DNA of 64,000 nt from a phage: assembly GCA_025829515.1 (NCBI GenBank), contig GCA_025829515.1_4865.1; one strand, given 5' to 3'. Made by a program: the position numbers and the translations under genes. Below the pieces are notes generated by a model that had not been told where the DNA came from, did no database searches, and worked only from the letters and a program-made list of their open reading frames with translations. Positions 45,726 through 55,262 of the stretch are shown piece by piece (positions within the stretch are counted from its first letter, which is position 1; each line of letters opens with the position of its first letter).

Positions 45726-46176
45726 CGCGCCTGAGCGCTTCAAGGTCGTTACAGTTAACTGCGTTGGTGCAATGGGAAGGGGCATTGCCTTGGCGTGCCG
45801 AGAACGCTTCCCATCGCTTTATAATGACTATCGCCAGAAATGCCGTAAAGAGCAAATCGTTATCGGTGAGGTCTATTGTTATCCTGAGGAAGGGGTAATA
45901 CTCCTTCCTACTAAAACCCATTTTCGCTATAAATCGCAGATTTACTATGTCACGTCCGGCATTGATGCGCTGGCGCGACTAGGGGAAGACTTAGAAGGAG
46001 GGATTGCGATACCACCCCTAGGGATGGCTAACGGTTGGTTACGTTACCATGAGCGATTGGAAATCTTTATACACTTACAGAAACGACTACAGCACACGGA
46101 GCAGACTTATCGATTCTATTTACCGGACACCTTGCTGAGGGAAGCAGAGAAAATCATCCCAAATAGTTTCAAATAG
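45676..46176 (+). CDS. macro-domain-like protein (putative ADP-ribose binding / processing), 166 aa
   Basis: VNCVGAMGRGIA (compare macro-domain NAAN..L..GGGV.GAI) and IAIPPLGMANGW (compare IAFPAISTGVYG) match the two hallmark macro-domain motifs by eye. Confidence 0.45.
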   Translation: MSLELIDEAVISHDLFNAPERFKVVTVNCVGAMGRGIALACRERFPSLYNDYRQKCRKEQIVIGEVYCYPEEGVILLPTKTHFRYKSQIYYVTSGIDALARLGEDLEGGIAIPPLGMANGWLRYHERLEIFIHLQKRLQHTEQTYRFYLPDTLLREAEKIIPNSFK

Positions 46177-46186
46177 ATATTATCAT
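46174..46186 (+). promoter_or_regulatory. recurring AGATATTATC element (copy A)
   Basis: TAGATATTATCAT overlapping the stop of gene 45676; upstream of gene 46276. Confidence 0.3.
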
Positions 46187-46275
46187 CAGGGCACATTACA
46201 AAGGAGCACAATGCCGTCCGCGCCGTCTTCCCGGATTGGGAACGGAAAAGTATAAATCCGTTTGGAGATACATCC

Positions 46276-46998
46276 ATGTTTCGCACCATTTTATTTCTTC
46301 TGGTAGCAATGACTACGTTCAACAGCAACGCTTCTTACCAGACCACCAGTAACAAACACCAAAAAGAATTCGTCCTTATCCAGGACCAGTTCAATGAGAT
46401 TAAACCTCTCATCGTCACCGCATCTCGAAAACAAGGCGTACATGCCGGGATGCTCGCGACCACCATTTATCGTGAATCCCGTTTTAATAAAAACGTGGGT
46501 AAGAATAAATCGAGCAGTGCTAGTAGTGTTGTCCAAATGACGACAGGCACTAAACGCTCCATGATACGTCTGTATGGGAAACAACTTAACATCCCAAAGA
46601 ATGCGGACCTTAATAAACCGAAGTATGCTGTACAGCTTGCTGCCGTTTACATGAAACACATCGAGGATCATCTGACAAAACAACTCAAACGCAAGCCGAG
46701 CACAGCCGAAATCGCTTTAGGCTACCGCTTCGGTGAGGGTGCTGCTGTTGCGATGATTAAAAAGAAATCACCGGTCGGGAAACGCTGGATGGCCAGCTAC
46801 CGAAAAGACGCAGCATTCTACGGTGCGAAAATGACACCACCGAAAGCTGAAACACGTCAGCTTGCTTTTGCGAAGGAAGACCGCGACCAACGCGTCGCTG
46901 AGCTTCAGAAAATCTGGGATACGCTGTACACCAAAATATCACCTGCGGCCGGTACATTACTGGCAAATAACACTATCATGAAAGGAGCATTGCTTTGA
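46276..46998 (+). CDS. secreted lytic transglycosylase-like (SLT-domain) protein, 240 aa
   Basis: Signal peptide MFRTILFLLVAMTTFNSNA; RESRFN (catalytic E-S), VVQMT (compare GLMQ) and LGYRFGEGAA (compare AYNAG) resemble the SLT domain motif order. Confidence 0.4.
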   Translation: MFRTILFLLVAMTTFNSNASYQTTSNKHQKEFVLIQDQFNEIKPLIVTASRKQGVHAGMLATTIYRESRFNKNVGKNKSSSASSVVQMTTGTKRSMIRLYGKQLNIPKNADLNKPKYAVQLAAVYMKHIEDHLTKQLKRKPSTAEIALGYRFGEGAAVAMIKKKSPVGKRWMASYRKDAAFYGAKMTPPKAETRQLAFAKEDRDQRVAELQKIWDTLYTKISPAAGTLLANNTIMKGALL

Positions 46999-47588
46999 CA
47001 CTCGTAACACGCCCCTGGTATCCAGGTCTTAAAACAGCCGCACAAATCACCGCCAAAGACGTTTACGAACTGATTCGCGCGGGTGCGGAACACGTTCAAA
47101 CCAATCCGAACTACGTTGAGCGTCCTATCGGTGAAGTCGATGGGGAAGCTGTCGAAGCACCTGTCTACGTTGAGTACGGCGAATGGTTCGCAGAGAACCA
47201 CGGTTTCTACGACGCGTTAAACGCGGCGTTTGGTGATGACGAAGACGAAGGTATCGAATTCGACTGGAACGTTAATCTGGCGCTGATGTGGATTTGTGGT
47301 TTACGTCCAGCAATTAACGAAACCGAAGCAGGCTTCGTGCTGACGTGGCGACAGTCGGCGGGTTACGATAAAGAACTCGACTTCAAACAGGCGTATATGG
47401 ATGTGTCGATTGCACTGCAGAAACTGTTCTTCGGCGATCGTGCTTTCTGCCAGCTCAGCTGGTTGACCATCCTGGAAAAACTGGCAACGTGCCACAAACT
47501 GTGGCGAGCAGAAGATGCCCCAGAACATCTTTTCGTGCTCGAATATGCAGTGGTACCGAACCAGCCGTTCTTTGAGGCCGAAGCGTAA
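46995..47588 (+). CDS. hypothetical acidic protein (197 aa)
   Basis: ORF track; start overlaps the upstream stop; followed by a terminator. Confidence 0.45.
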   Translation: MTLVTRPWYPGLKTAAQITAKDVYELIRAGAEHVQTNPNYVERPIGEVDGEAVEAPVYVEYGEWFAENHGFYDALNAAFGDDEDEGIEFDWNVNLALMWICGLRPAINETEAGFVLTWRQSAGYDKELDFKQAYMDVSIALQKLFFGDRAFCQLSWLTILEKLATCHKLWRAEDAPEHLFVLEYAVVPNQPFFEAEA

Positions 47589-47593
47589 TTAAC

Positions 47594-47630
47594 GGTCAGA
47601 CCTTCGGGTCTGACCACCTTTTATTTAATT
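47594..47630 (+). terminator. rho-independent terminator (GGTCAGACC-TTCG-GGTCTGACC, T-run)
   Basis: Perfect 9-bp stem, TTCG loop, followed by ACCTTTTATTT. Confidence 0.6.
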
Positions 47631-47639
47631 CTTGGGTGT

Positions 47640-47906
47640 GTGTTCGTGAAACGTTTAATAAATTTTCTCTACTGGATGGAGAAACGCTATAGCCACAACA
47701 TTCCGATGATGTATAGTTTGTTATTCTCCACGGTAATGTTGGTAATCGGTGCGATCGTCGCACATCTGATGGAACTCACGTCCCCATGGGCGCAACTCTT
47801 TCTTACCATCTGGATGTTGTTCTCAGGCTACCACATACGTGGTTTCATAACCCGATTCTTTCGCTGGCGGAGTACCTGGCACGTCTTTAATTCCGACCGT
47901 AACTAG
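47640..47906 (+). CDS. small membrane protein (88 aa)
   Basis: Two hydrophobic helices (LLFSTVMLVIGAIVAHLM; LFLTIWMLFSGY). Confidence 0.4.
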   Translation: MFVKRLINFLYWMEKRYSHNIPMMYSLLFSTVMLVIGAIVAHLMELTSPWAQLFLTIWMLFSGYHIRGFITRFFRWRSTWHVFNSDRN

Positions 47907-47966
47907 TTTTTTACAGCAGTAACTAATCATCTGAAAATACCATTGACTTTTATAAGGACTATTAAC

Positions 47967-49100
47967 ATGCAATTTCCAATTTCCGTAATCGAAGATATGG
48001 CTCGTGTAGTACGTGACCGTGCGTATGTGCTTAGCTACGAAGGTATTCGTGCATATTCAGAAGCTCTGATTGCACAACACGTCACTGGCACCGGTGTTAT
48101 CAACCCGGATCTTTACAATGCGCTGGTCGATAACAATGTGGAGGCTTATCTGCCGCTGCCGCACCTGCGTAATAAGTTGTGCCTTTCTTCTCAAACTCTT
48201 CAGTTTGATAACCTGCCGCCACTGAAATATTCGCCAGATGACCGTTGGGGAAGTATGCTGGGCGTAGCTTTCCAAAATTGCCACGCGCCTTATAACTGGT
48301 CTATTCTCGTTGAAGGTGTTGATGGCGTCTGGTATGCCATTGCACATTCTGACGGATTCTTCTTCGAACCAGGTGAGTTGATTAAACCAGTAAGTGCCCC
48401 ACAAGGCCGTGCTAAGGTTGGGCATTGTTACATTGAATTGACTCATGTCCAGTGGACTATCGAAGACTGGCGTGCTGCCTCCGTTATCTTCGGTGACGGT
48501 AAACCACACTCAGTTACTTTCGAGCGTTGTGAAGCAGAGCATGTTGAAGAGACTGACAATGACGAAGTGGGAGATCGTTACGCGCCGCTGGAAGAGTGCC
48601 GTAACATCGCGAACATCGACTGGGTGAAAGTCTTTACGGCCAACCCCGGTTTCCGTGGCCAGACTATCAACCCCGGCGAAGTAACCTGGGAAGGTTTCGT
48701 ACAACTCGCAGATAAACTCGGTTATGACGTGTGGGATTACACCTACAAACGTCCATACCCGAATGCGTCGGAAGATGAAGACCACGATGAAATCATTCTG
48801 GAAAACCTGGCTGATATCGAAAACGTGTTCATCGATGATGAAATCTTCATCACCCTCGGCATTGAGCGTCCGAAATCAACCGCATATCCGGTATCGGTTG
48901 CCAACGTTATTCAGGAACTGGGCAAGATGCAGGAGCAGACCGTCGAAGTGAAAATCGACGAAGAGCAAATGCATATCGCTGCACAGGTACAGAAAACTCT
49001 GAACCTGGATAAGCTGTACGCGGAAATCCGCAAGCAGCCGAAAAAGAAACGTACTGCTGCCACAATCAAAGCAATGATGCGTGAAATTATCGGCAAGTAA
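47967..49100 (+). CDS. hypothetical protein (about 377 aa)
   Basis: Start chosen at ATG 47967 (AAGGA RBS); the track start is TTG at 47943. Confidence 0.5.
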   Translation: MQFPISVIEDMARVVRDRAYVLSYEGIRAYSEALIAQHVTGTGVINPDLYNALVDNNVEAYLPLPHLRNKLCLSSQTLQFDNLPPLKYSPDDRWGSMLGVAFQNCHAPYNWSILVEGVDGVWYAIAHSDGFFFEPGELIKPVSAPQGRAKVGHCYIELTHVQWTIEDWRAASVIFGDGKPHSVTFERCEAEHVEETDNDEVGDRYAPLEECRNIANIDWVKVFTANPGFRGQTINPGEVTWEGFVQLADKLGYDVWDYTYKRPYPNASEDEDHDEIILENLADIENVFIDDEIFITLGIERPKSTAYPVSVANVIQELGKMQEQTVEVKIDEEQMHIAAQVQKTLNLDKLYAEIRKQPKKKRTAATIKAMMREIIGK

Positions 49101-49119
49101 TGCGATAAAAAATAAAAGC

Positions 49120-49145
49120 CTACCTACTCCCTTGGGAGTAGGTAG
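49120..49145. terminator. bidirectional terminator hairpin (CTACCTACTCCC / GGGAGTAGGTAG)
   Basis: Stem of about 11 bp flanked by AAAAAATAAAAG upstream and TTCTTTTTTTCTTT downstream; between convergent genes. Confidence 0.6.
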
Positions 49146-49157
49146 TTCTTTTTTTCT

Positions 49158-49781
49158 TTAATTTGTTAACCCGTTATCTTTCAGGATTTTCAACATCGCA
49201 TCATTCAACGCCTGCAGTTCTTGATTCTGCTTAGTGAGTGTTGCAACTTGTTCTGTCAGAGGAACCTGCTCACGGATTTTGGCTTTACGCACCGCTTCCA
49301 TTTGCAAGTGTTCTTCTTCCGTCACCGTCCCTTCGTAATCCATCGATGTGATGTCCACACGTGCATCGATTCCTAAACCGCGTTCTAAGATGCTTTTCAG
49401 GTCGTTCGTTAGCAGTGTGACATCGACGTATTCGGGTATTAATGCCAGGTCAATAACCACCACATTGCGTCTATAATTTAACCCATTCAGTCCAGGATAC
49501 GTCTCAATGTACGTATCAGGCAACTCGTAGACTTGACCGTCCCTCGACTTTAATGTTACAATCGAGGCTTCGACATTAGCGTCGCTGATATAGTCGTCAC
49601 GAGTTAGGCCGACAGGTTTATAATACTTGTTATAAACGTCAATATTATTACGTTGGAGTTTCGGAAAGTTCTGTACCGCGTCAACACGGTAAATCACTTT
49701 ATCTGGCAACGTATAAGGTGCCTTAACCTTGAACAACCCCTCAAGGTTAACCTGAGGCGTGTTAGGCAACAGTTGTGCCAT
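49158..49781 (-). CDS. hypothetical protein (207 aa)
   Basis: ORF track; C-terminal coiled-coil-like region; co-oriented with the next gene. Confidence 0.45.
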   Translation of the reverse strand: MAQLLPNTPQVNLEGLFKVKAPYTLPDKVIYRVDAVQNFPKLQRNNIDVYNKYYKPVGLTRDDYISDANVEASIVTLKSRDGQVYELPDTYIETYPGLNGLNYRRNVVVIDLALIPEYVDVTLLTNDLKSILERGLGIDARVDITSMDYEGTVTEEEHLQMEAVRKAKIREQVPLTEQVATLTKQNQELQALNDAMLKILKDNGLTN

Positions 49782-49791
49782 TTAACCCTCC

Positions 49792-51171
49792 TTAGGCTTC
49801 TGGCTCTGCCGCAGGGACATCCCAAACAGCTTTGCGGGCCAAGACACGATACTCCACGTTATCGAATTCGAAGACGTAGAAGTAAACGTTAGGATCGACG
49901 TCGTCTACGAGCTTCACGATATCCAGCGGGGTGGAATGTGGGTGATACTCTTCCGCTGCGATTAACGCCTGGAAGAACAAGTCCAGCCACTCGGTGGTTT
50001 TCTTCGACATTCTCGCAATATCTGCATTGTTAGTGCCGATTAATGCGTAGTCGGGAATCGTATCGTGCAGGGTCGTTTTGCGTGAATCGTTTTCAGGGCC
50101 TGCGATAACTACAGCGTTTAGTGATTTATAGATGGACGGTAAATCCGTTACATCGGTAGTTGGAGTTGAGATTGCTCCACTATTTTTTTCCGTAATGGTT
50201 TGAACAGTCCACTCCCCAAATCGGGAGATTGCTTTGACCCAGAAATCATATGGGAGAATCGGCGAGTATAATGCCGCAACGTCTTCCTCATTTGGAATCC
50301 CACGAATTGACCAACCGGGAACAATTGTGAACTTGGTGGTCGTAAAGATTTCTGGGAACACCTTGACACCCAACGCCACAGTAAAACTGGAGTTTGCCAA
50401 AATGTAATCACGCAACGCTTGTTTAATCCTGCTCGGGTTACGACCCGCGCGTCCGTAGATGATAGCCGACATCGGTATCGGTAAGGTGGAATCAAAGTCT
50501 TCCTGGTCGTGCCAAGTATAGATGTTAGTAATCAGGCTAGTGTACGGATAACCGTCAGCTAATTCGTTAATCTTATTATGGTGATCCGGAAGGTTGAACC
50601 CTTCCATTGCCTTTTCGACTACAGATTTCACAGCCAAGAAAGTATCAACCGGTAATATCGGCATTTGGACTTCAATTTCAAATCCGGTATAGTCCTGATT
50701 GAAATCTTCATCAGCAAACCAGAGAATAATCTGGTTATTCACATCAGATGGGTCTTCGACTTTATCTGCTGTGGTTTCAAGTTTCCAACTGACCCAACGT
50801 GGGAACCAGTTACTGTTAGTCTGAATCATCGCGCCAGACTGAACACCGCTGATGACACTATTAAATTGCCCCAACAGCAAACGCTGGAATTCAACTTCGT
50901 CGTTTCTTAAGTTGCCCAGGATAGACTGTTGGTAGATCCATTGGGAAACAGTAAGAACGTGGTCGCTAAAGACGGCCGGGGTCTTAATAGGCAACTCGTC
51001 ACGTTTAGAAGTAAAAGCAACCAGTTCCACCTGCAGATTTTCTTTAGTAAAATACTGCTTGCTTTTAGCGAACGAATATGACAGCTCAGACAACTCACCT
51101 ACCGGAGCGGTGTTGCCAGGGCCATTATCAATCAGAGCCGCTATTTGAATAAAGCCTTGTAAATCATACAT
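49792..51171 (-). CDS. hypothetical protein (459 aa)
   Basis: ATG with GGAGAG RBS; long ORF. Confidence 0.5.
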   Translation of the reverse strand: MYDLQGFIQIAALIDNGPGNTAPVGELSELSYSFAKSKQYFTKENLQVELVAFTSKRDELPIKTPAVFSDHVLTVSQWIYQQSILGNLRNDEVEFQRLLLGQFNSVISGVQSGAMIQTNSNWFPRWVSWKLETTADKVEDPSDVNNQIILWFADEDFNQDYTGFEIEVQMPILPVDTFLAVKSVVEKAMEGFNLPDHHNKINELADGYPYTSLITNIYTWHDQEDFDSTLPIPMSAIIYGRAGRNPSRIKQALRDYILANSSFTVALGVKVFPEIFTTTKFTIVPGWSIRGIPNEEDVAALYSPILPYDFWVKAISRFGEWTVQTITEKNSGAISTPTTDVTDLPSIYKSLNAVVIAGPENDSRKTTLHDTIPDYALIGTNNADIARMSKKTTEWLDLFFQALIAAEEYHPHSTPLDIVKLVDDVDPNVYFYVFEFDNVEYRVLARKAVWDVPAAEPEA

Positions 51172-51189
51172 AATTAAAAACTCTCCGAG

Positions 51190-51705
51190 GTGAGCATGAT
51201 AGCATCAGTTTTCAAACTGCTTCCATTCTTACAGATGCTGTGGGAAGCATTTAAACCGGGCGAGGGGGAGAAAGTAACACGAGCCGGGAAAATAGTGACA
51301 CTAGTGATAGTGGCACTGATCGCGTTCTCTGCATTTGTCTCATATGCCTATATTGTTCAATACCACACACTGGTTAGCGTTCAATCGCGTACTCAGTATC
51401 TGGAGATATCCTATAAGGAGCTAAAAGAGAAGTCCGATCATAGCGAAGTGGAGAACAATAAGTTGTACGATCGTCTCTTCACGTGCCTGGGTTCTCGACC
51501 GCCATATGATGGTACCAAATCTCCAACAGGAACAGGCACTGAGGCCGCGGTTCCGCCTGTAGATCTCAAGCCGGTAACACCGCCGGCACCGTTAAATCCG
51601 TCTAGCCCACCTGCCAAGAAATACCAGGCCGCTTCTCGCCCGGTAGGGTCGCAGGAGGCAAATGATTTCCGACAGGAGATTATCAGTACGCTTAATAATC
51701 CATGA
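51190..51705 (+). CDS. membrane-anchored coiled-coil protein, i-spanin-like candidate (171 aa)
   Basis: N-terminal TM helix (IVTLVIVALIAFSAFVSYAYIV), then a charged coiled-coil-like region and a Pro-rich tail; immediately followed by a lipoprotein gene. The start is GTG 51190 or ATG 51196. Confidence 0.3.
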   Translation: MSMIASVFKLLPFLQMLWEAFKPGEGEKVTRAGKIVTLVIVALIAFSAFVSYAYIVQYHTLVSVQSRTQYLEISYKELKEKSDHSEVENNKLYDRLFTCLGSRPPYDGTKSPTGTGTEAAVPPVDLKPVTPPAPLNPSSPPAKKYQAASRPVGSQEANDFRQEIISTLNNP

Positions 51706-51714
51706 GGAGTATAC

Positions 51715-52194
51715 ATGAAGTTATTTTTGGTGGCGATACTGGTGCTATTGTTGACAGGATGCCCTGGAGCCATCCGTCACGTAGACCCAGATTACTCCTC
51801 AACCGGAGATTGGCCTTTTCGTCCTTTAGAACACCCACCAGTTTATGCTGGTGGGAACAGTCCTGAGGTGAAAAAGCTGGCAGGGAAAATGTTTGTTGCG
51901 GATGTGAACGCTTATGCTTATTACGTTTATCTGTACGCTAAGTCGTTGAACAATTACGCAGAAGCTAAGGGGTGGCGCACCCCGATGGCCGCACCGCTTT
52001 GTGAAGAGTTTATTCGCCCCACTCTTCATGATATACCCTCCGGGATATATCTCGACCCTGGTTCTCGTAGCCCTCAAGACATTAGTCGTGATTTGTCACG
52101 ACAGATTAAGTCTCTCATTCGCAGCTATCGCGAAGACAGAGAGTCTTTTAATCATGCCTACGAACGGCACAAAAGTAGTTGCCTTGTGCAATGA
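51715..52194 (+). CDS. lipoprotein, o-spanin-like candidate (159 aa)
   Basis: Signal peptide with lipobox LTGC; GAGGAG RBS. Longer than typical o-spanins, so the assignment is tentative. Confidence 0.35.
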   Translation: MKLFLVAILVLLLTGCPGAIRHVDPDYSSTGDWPFRPLEHPPVYAGGNSPEVKKLAGKMFVADVNAYAYYVYLYAKSLNNYAEAKGWRTPMAAPLCEEFIRPTLHDIPSGIYLDPGSRSPQDISRDLSRQIKSLIRSYREDRESFNHAYERHKSSCLVQ

Positions 52195-52198
52195 AAAC

Positions 52199-52237
52199 TC
52201 CCTCTTACCTTCGGGTAAGAGGGGATTTCCTTTTTTT
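52199..52237 (+). terminator. rho-independent terminator (CCCTCTTACC-TTCG-GGTAAGAGGG, T7 run)
   Basis: 10-bp stem, TTCG loop, followed by GATTTCCTTTTTTT. Confidence 0.6.
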
Positions 52238-52239
52238 AC

Positions 52240-52270
52240 GTTAATAGTCAATAGTGTGATATATAATCTC
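52240..52270 (+). promoter_or_regulatory. promoter-like element (TGTGATATATAATC) immediately after a terminator
   Basis: TATAAT hexamer at 52262-52267 with TG a few nt upstream, 17 nt before the ATG of gene 52284; no clear -35. Confidence 0.3.
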
Positions 52271-52283
52271 GTGGAGAGTTGAA

Positions 52284-53003
52284 ATGACATATCCTAAAAT
52301 TCTGCCTGTTTTAACACCAACCGTGGTTGTTGGGACGGACTTAGAAACTCTGGCCTTGCGTCCAGATGCCTACATCTTAACGTTGGCAAACGTGGCATTC
52401 GATGTTCCGACAATGAAAATGATCGGTTCATGTTACCACAAAATCGACCCCAACGATGCAAAAGCAAAAGAAATCTTCTACATCGATCCACAAACGGTCG
52501 GTTATTGGGAAGGTAAAGGCGACCCCGAATACGCACCGAGCGAGAAAGCACGTATTGAAGCGTTTTCTGGGACCACTCCACTGCCAGAAGCACTGTGGGC
52601 GGCCAAAAAATGGTTGGATGATCTGGGCAACGTGAAAATGGTTATCACCATGCGCGGTCCCGATTTCGATGCTCCAATTCTGATGAACGCATTCGCGCAG
52701 TGCGATATCCCGCCGGGCAAGTACCGCAAGTTTTCTATATTGGACTCTGACCGGACTGCAGAACGTATTGCATATGCGTTTGGCCTGGAACCGAACTGGC
52801 ACGCAGAAGCGCACCACTGGACCCGTGGCAAAGAAGCGTACGAGCATAACGCTAACTTTGATGCTGCGAAGGAAGCGTATTCTACGGCACGCATCTATCA
52901 TTTGGCCCTGGTCGCGCGTACGTACGGCTTCGAACGCATGTTAGAAGCCCACCGCGAAATGTGCACAGGTGAATACATTCCACCGCAGTTGCGAGGAGAA
53001 TAA
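52284..53003 (+). CDS. DEDDh-type 3'-5' exonuclease (DnaQ-like fold), 239 aa
   Basis: Exo I GTDLET (D-x-E), Exo II GPDFDAPIL, Exo III HNANFDA (H-x4-D) in the canonical order; GGAGAG RBS. Confidence 0.55.
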   Translation: MTYPKILPVLTPTVVVGTDLETLALRPDAYILTLANVAFDVPTMKMIGSCYHKIDPNDAKAKEIFYIDPQTVGYWEGKGDPEYAPSEKARIEAFSGTTPLPEALWAAKKWLDDLGNVKMVITMRGPDFDAPILMNAFAQCDIPPGKYRKFSILDSDRTAERIAYAFGLEPNWHAEAHHWTRGKEAYEHNANFDAAKEAYSTARIYHLALVARTYGFERMLEAHREMCTGEYIPPQLRGE

Positions 53004-54517
53004 TGAAAGACGTCGACGTAGCGGTTATTTATACCGATGGTAGTCATACTGAGTCCCCGAAAGGTTCGGGGGCTGGTATTCATGGTTATTTATTCAACAA
53101 CGGAGATTTGGAAGACAGTCAGGCTTATAGCCATCCGGGTGTTTCAGAACGGATTACCACTGTTGGATACAAAAAAGTGCCGCAGGATGTGAAGTGTCCG
53201 GAGTTGCCGGACACCGTTCAATTTGTCGACGCCGTTATTCCCGTTCCGAAAGAGTTCTACTCAGATGTGGGCGAGTTAATCGCCTTCATCACGTTGTTTG
53301 AGAACGCGCCCTTCCGCGCGAAGAACTATATCATCTACGTGGATGCCAGTTACGTTGTAAACACTTTTAACGAGTGGATAGACGGGTGGCATAAACGTGG
53401 TTGGGTTCGTGCTGACGGTACTCCGCTGGCGAACAAAGAACTTATTGTTCGTATCTGGGAAATCAAACAGCAGATGAAAAAAGAAGGACGGGGTGTTAAG
53501 GTTATCAAAATCAAAGGACACTCCGGCCACTACGGTAACGACCGGGCGGACGAATTGGCTAGAAAAGGTTCAGCCATCACAGCGACCAACGACGGCGTTC
53601 CATATCAGCCGTACTGGTCGAAGGATGAGTTGCCTGCATCCGCGGAACCCGAGCCCATCGCCGCTGGGATGAACCTTGCGGCATATCCGCCGGTTTGTAC
53701 GGTTAAATATTGCTATCCGTTGGTGAACGAGGACCATCCTACTGTAAAAGTGAAAGATGAAACTTTCTATTACATGTTTGGTGGCAACCATGCAAAGAAC
53801 AAGGACGACTTGGTGTTTATTGGGAAAATGATTCCTGATGCACACTTTTCCGTAATGTTCACTAAACAACCGTGGGATAACATCTACACGATTGTAAACA
53901 ACCACGCCGCCCTGGCATGGAAAGATACACCGAAGATGCGGCAGTATGATCCAATCGGTGTTGTTAACAATGAGTTCGTTAAACGTAAGAAGTTCGTTGA
54001 CGTGGCAGGTGATGGATTACCGGCAGACAAGATGCATTTCAGTGGAGAAGATTCCAATGTCTGGTTCTTTGAAGACCTGGCCATCTCCAGAATGCTTCGC
54101 CCGCCCTTATTGTCGTACCGTGCGCTGGATATTCGTGACGAACTCGCTACAACGTTGAGAGATGTTCTGCATCAGGAAAAGGGTTATGTCTTAAATGATA
54201 TTACTGACTTGTTGTTCGATGACAAAGGTAAGCCTGTTAAGGAATACTACCGTAGCGTCGATAAGTCAATAACGTTAAAGATTGACTTTCCGATGGGTAA
54301 ACGACCTGTCTCGGTTATTTTGACGCGTGGTATTGATATTCCATCGCGTACGGAAATCAACCGTATTAAAGAACCCGAAGGCCGTTATTACATCGCGGTG
54401 TGTCGTCCTGAAAAATACTACATCCGTTACTTCTTAATCTATATCGGTAAAGAGTATCATGGGTTGTGGTGTGCGTATTACGCAAACCGTCGCATACTGC
54501 GAGAAGAAGAGGTGTAA
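53003..54517 (+). CDS. RNase H (type 1) domain protein with about 300-aa C-terminal extension (504 aa)
   Basis: N-terminal VIYTDGS...GAGIHGY, and KIKGHSGHYGNDRADELARKG matching the RNase H1 catalytic C-terminal motif (H..G..N..AD.LA); TAATG overlap with the upstream gene. Confidence 0.6.
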   Translation: MKDVDVAVIYTDGSHTESPKGSGAGIHGYLFNNGDLEDSQAYSHPGVSERITTVGYKKVPQDVKCPELPDTVQFVDAVIPVPKEFYSDVGELIAFITLFENAPFRAKNYIIYVDASYVVNTFNEWIDGWHKRGWVRADGTPLANKELIVRIWEIKQQMKKEGRGVKVIKIKGHSGHYGNDRADELARKGSAITATNDGVPYQPYWSKDELPASAEPEPIAAGMNLAAYPPVCTVKYCYPLVNEDHPTVKVKDETFYYMFGGNHAKNKDDLVFIGKMIPDAHFSVMFTKQPWDNIYTIVNNHAALAWKDTPKMRQYDPIGVVNNEFVKRKKFVDVAGDGLPADKMHFSGEDSNVWFFEDLAISRMLRPPLLSYRALDIRDELATTLRDVLHQEKGYVLNDITDLLFDDKGKPVKEYYRSVDKSITLKIDFPMGKRPVSVILTRGIDIPSRTEINRIKEPEGRYYIAVCRPEKYYIRYFLIYIGKEYHGLWCAYYANRRILREEEV

Positions 54518-54518
54518 C

Positions 54519-55259
54519 ATGTTGCGAGTCGTGAGTGAATCGCTCACGCTCCACACACAAAGTCTGATTAACTGTGTGGAGCAATACGGATGGATGTCGT
54601 GGATGGCAACGAACCGTGAGTTTGGTGCTGCGCCCATGGAAGATTACGACGTGTTGTACAAGTGGGGATTTGAAGCGGCTTGTGATGTTGTGGCAGAGCT
54701 GGTTACCGAAACAATTGCGCGTTACAACGCAAGATGTGATGAACCGATGCCTAAACAAGTCCCGCCGCAAATACCTCCGCTACCGACAATCGATCGTGAG
54801 CATTGTCGAATCTGGACAATGGAAGAGTTGTACGACGAACACGTTAGAATGCTGAAACCGAACGAGCTAATAACCGGTGCGTTGAACTGGTTCTTACATC
54901 GGTTCTGGACAGAGTTGGTCGATGTGGCGGGTGACGAAGATAATTGTTCTCAGGTTATTTGGTACGATCGAGCGATGTTTCATCGCAGTCTTAAAGATCG
55001 TAGTCTCTGCAACCTGTATATTGTTGACCCGTGTGAAGACATTGTAAAGGTAGCAGAAGGTAACTCTTATTCCGACTTGGTGATGCCCGTGGTAGAAAAA
55101 CCGATGGGTATTTTCCTGCAGGGAGACGCTTGGGTTTTAACGGATGATATCTCGGGCTACCTGCTGGACCCGGATGACATTCACTCGGACGAACCTGATA
55201 CCATCGAGTATTTTCACTTTACAGAACAGGCAGCACGCTTCTTGCATCTCTTAAAGTAA
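54519..55259 (+). CDS. hypothetical protein (about 246 aa)
   Basis: Start chosen at ATG 54519 (GAGG RBS), 2 nt after the RNase H stop; the track start at 54459 would overlap it. Confidence 0.45.
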   Translation: MLRVVSESLTLHTQSLINCVEQYGWMSWMATNREFGAAPMEDYDVLYKWGFEAACDVVAELVTETIARYNARCDEPMPKQVPPQIPPLPTIDREHCRIWTMEELYDEHVRMLKPNELITGALNWFLHRFWTELVDVAGDEDNCSQVIWYDRAMFHRSLKDRSLCNLYIVDPCEDIVKVAEGNSYSDLVMPVVEKPMGIFLQGDAWVLTDDISGYLLDPDDIHSDEPDTIEYFHFTEQAARFLHLLK

Positions 55260-55262
55260 TCT

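Noticed and set aside
46211-46255. 14-codon mini-ORF (MPSAPSSRIGNGKV) with AAGGAG RBS between motif copy A and gene 46276
   Set aside because: Too short to support as a gene from sequence alone; it may be a leader peptide or may simply be fortuitous.
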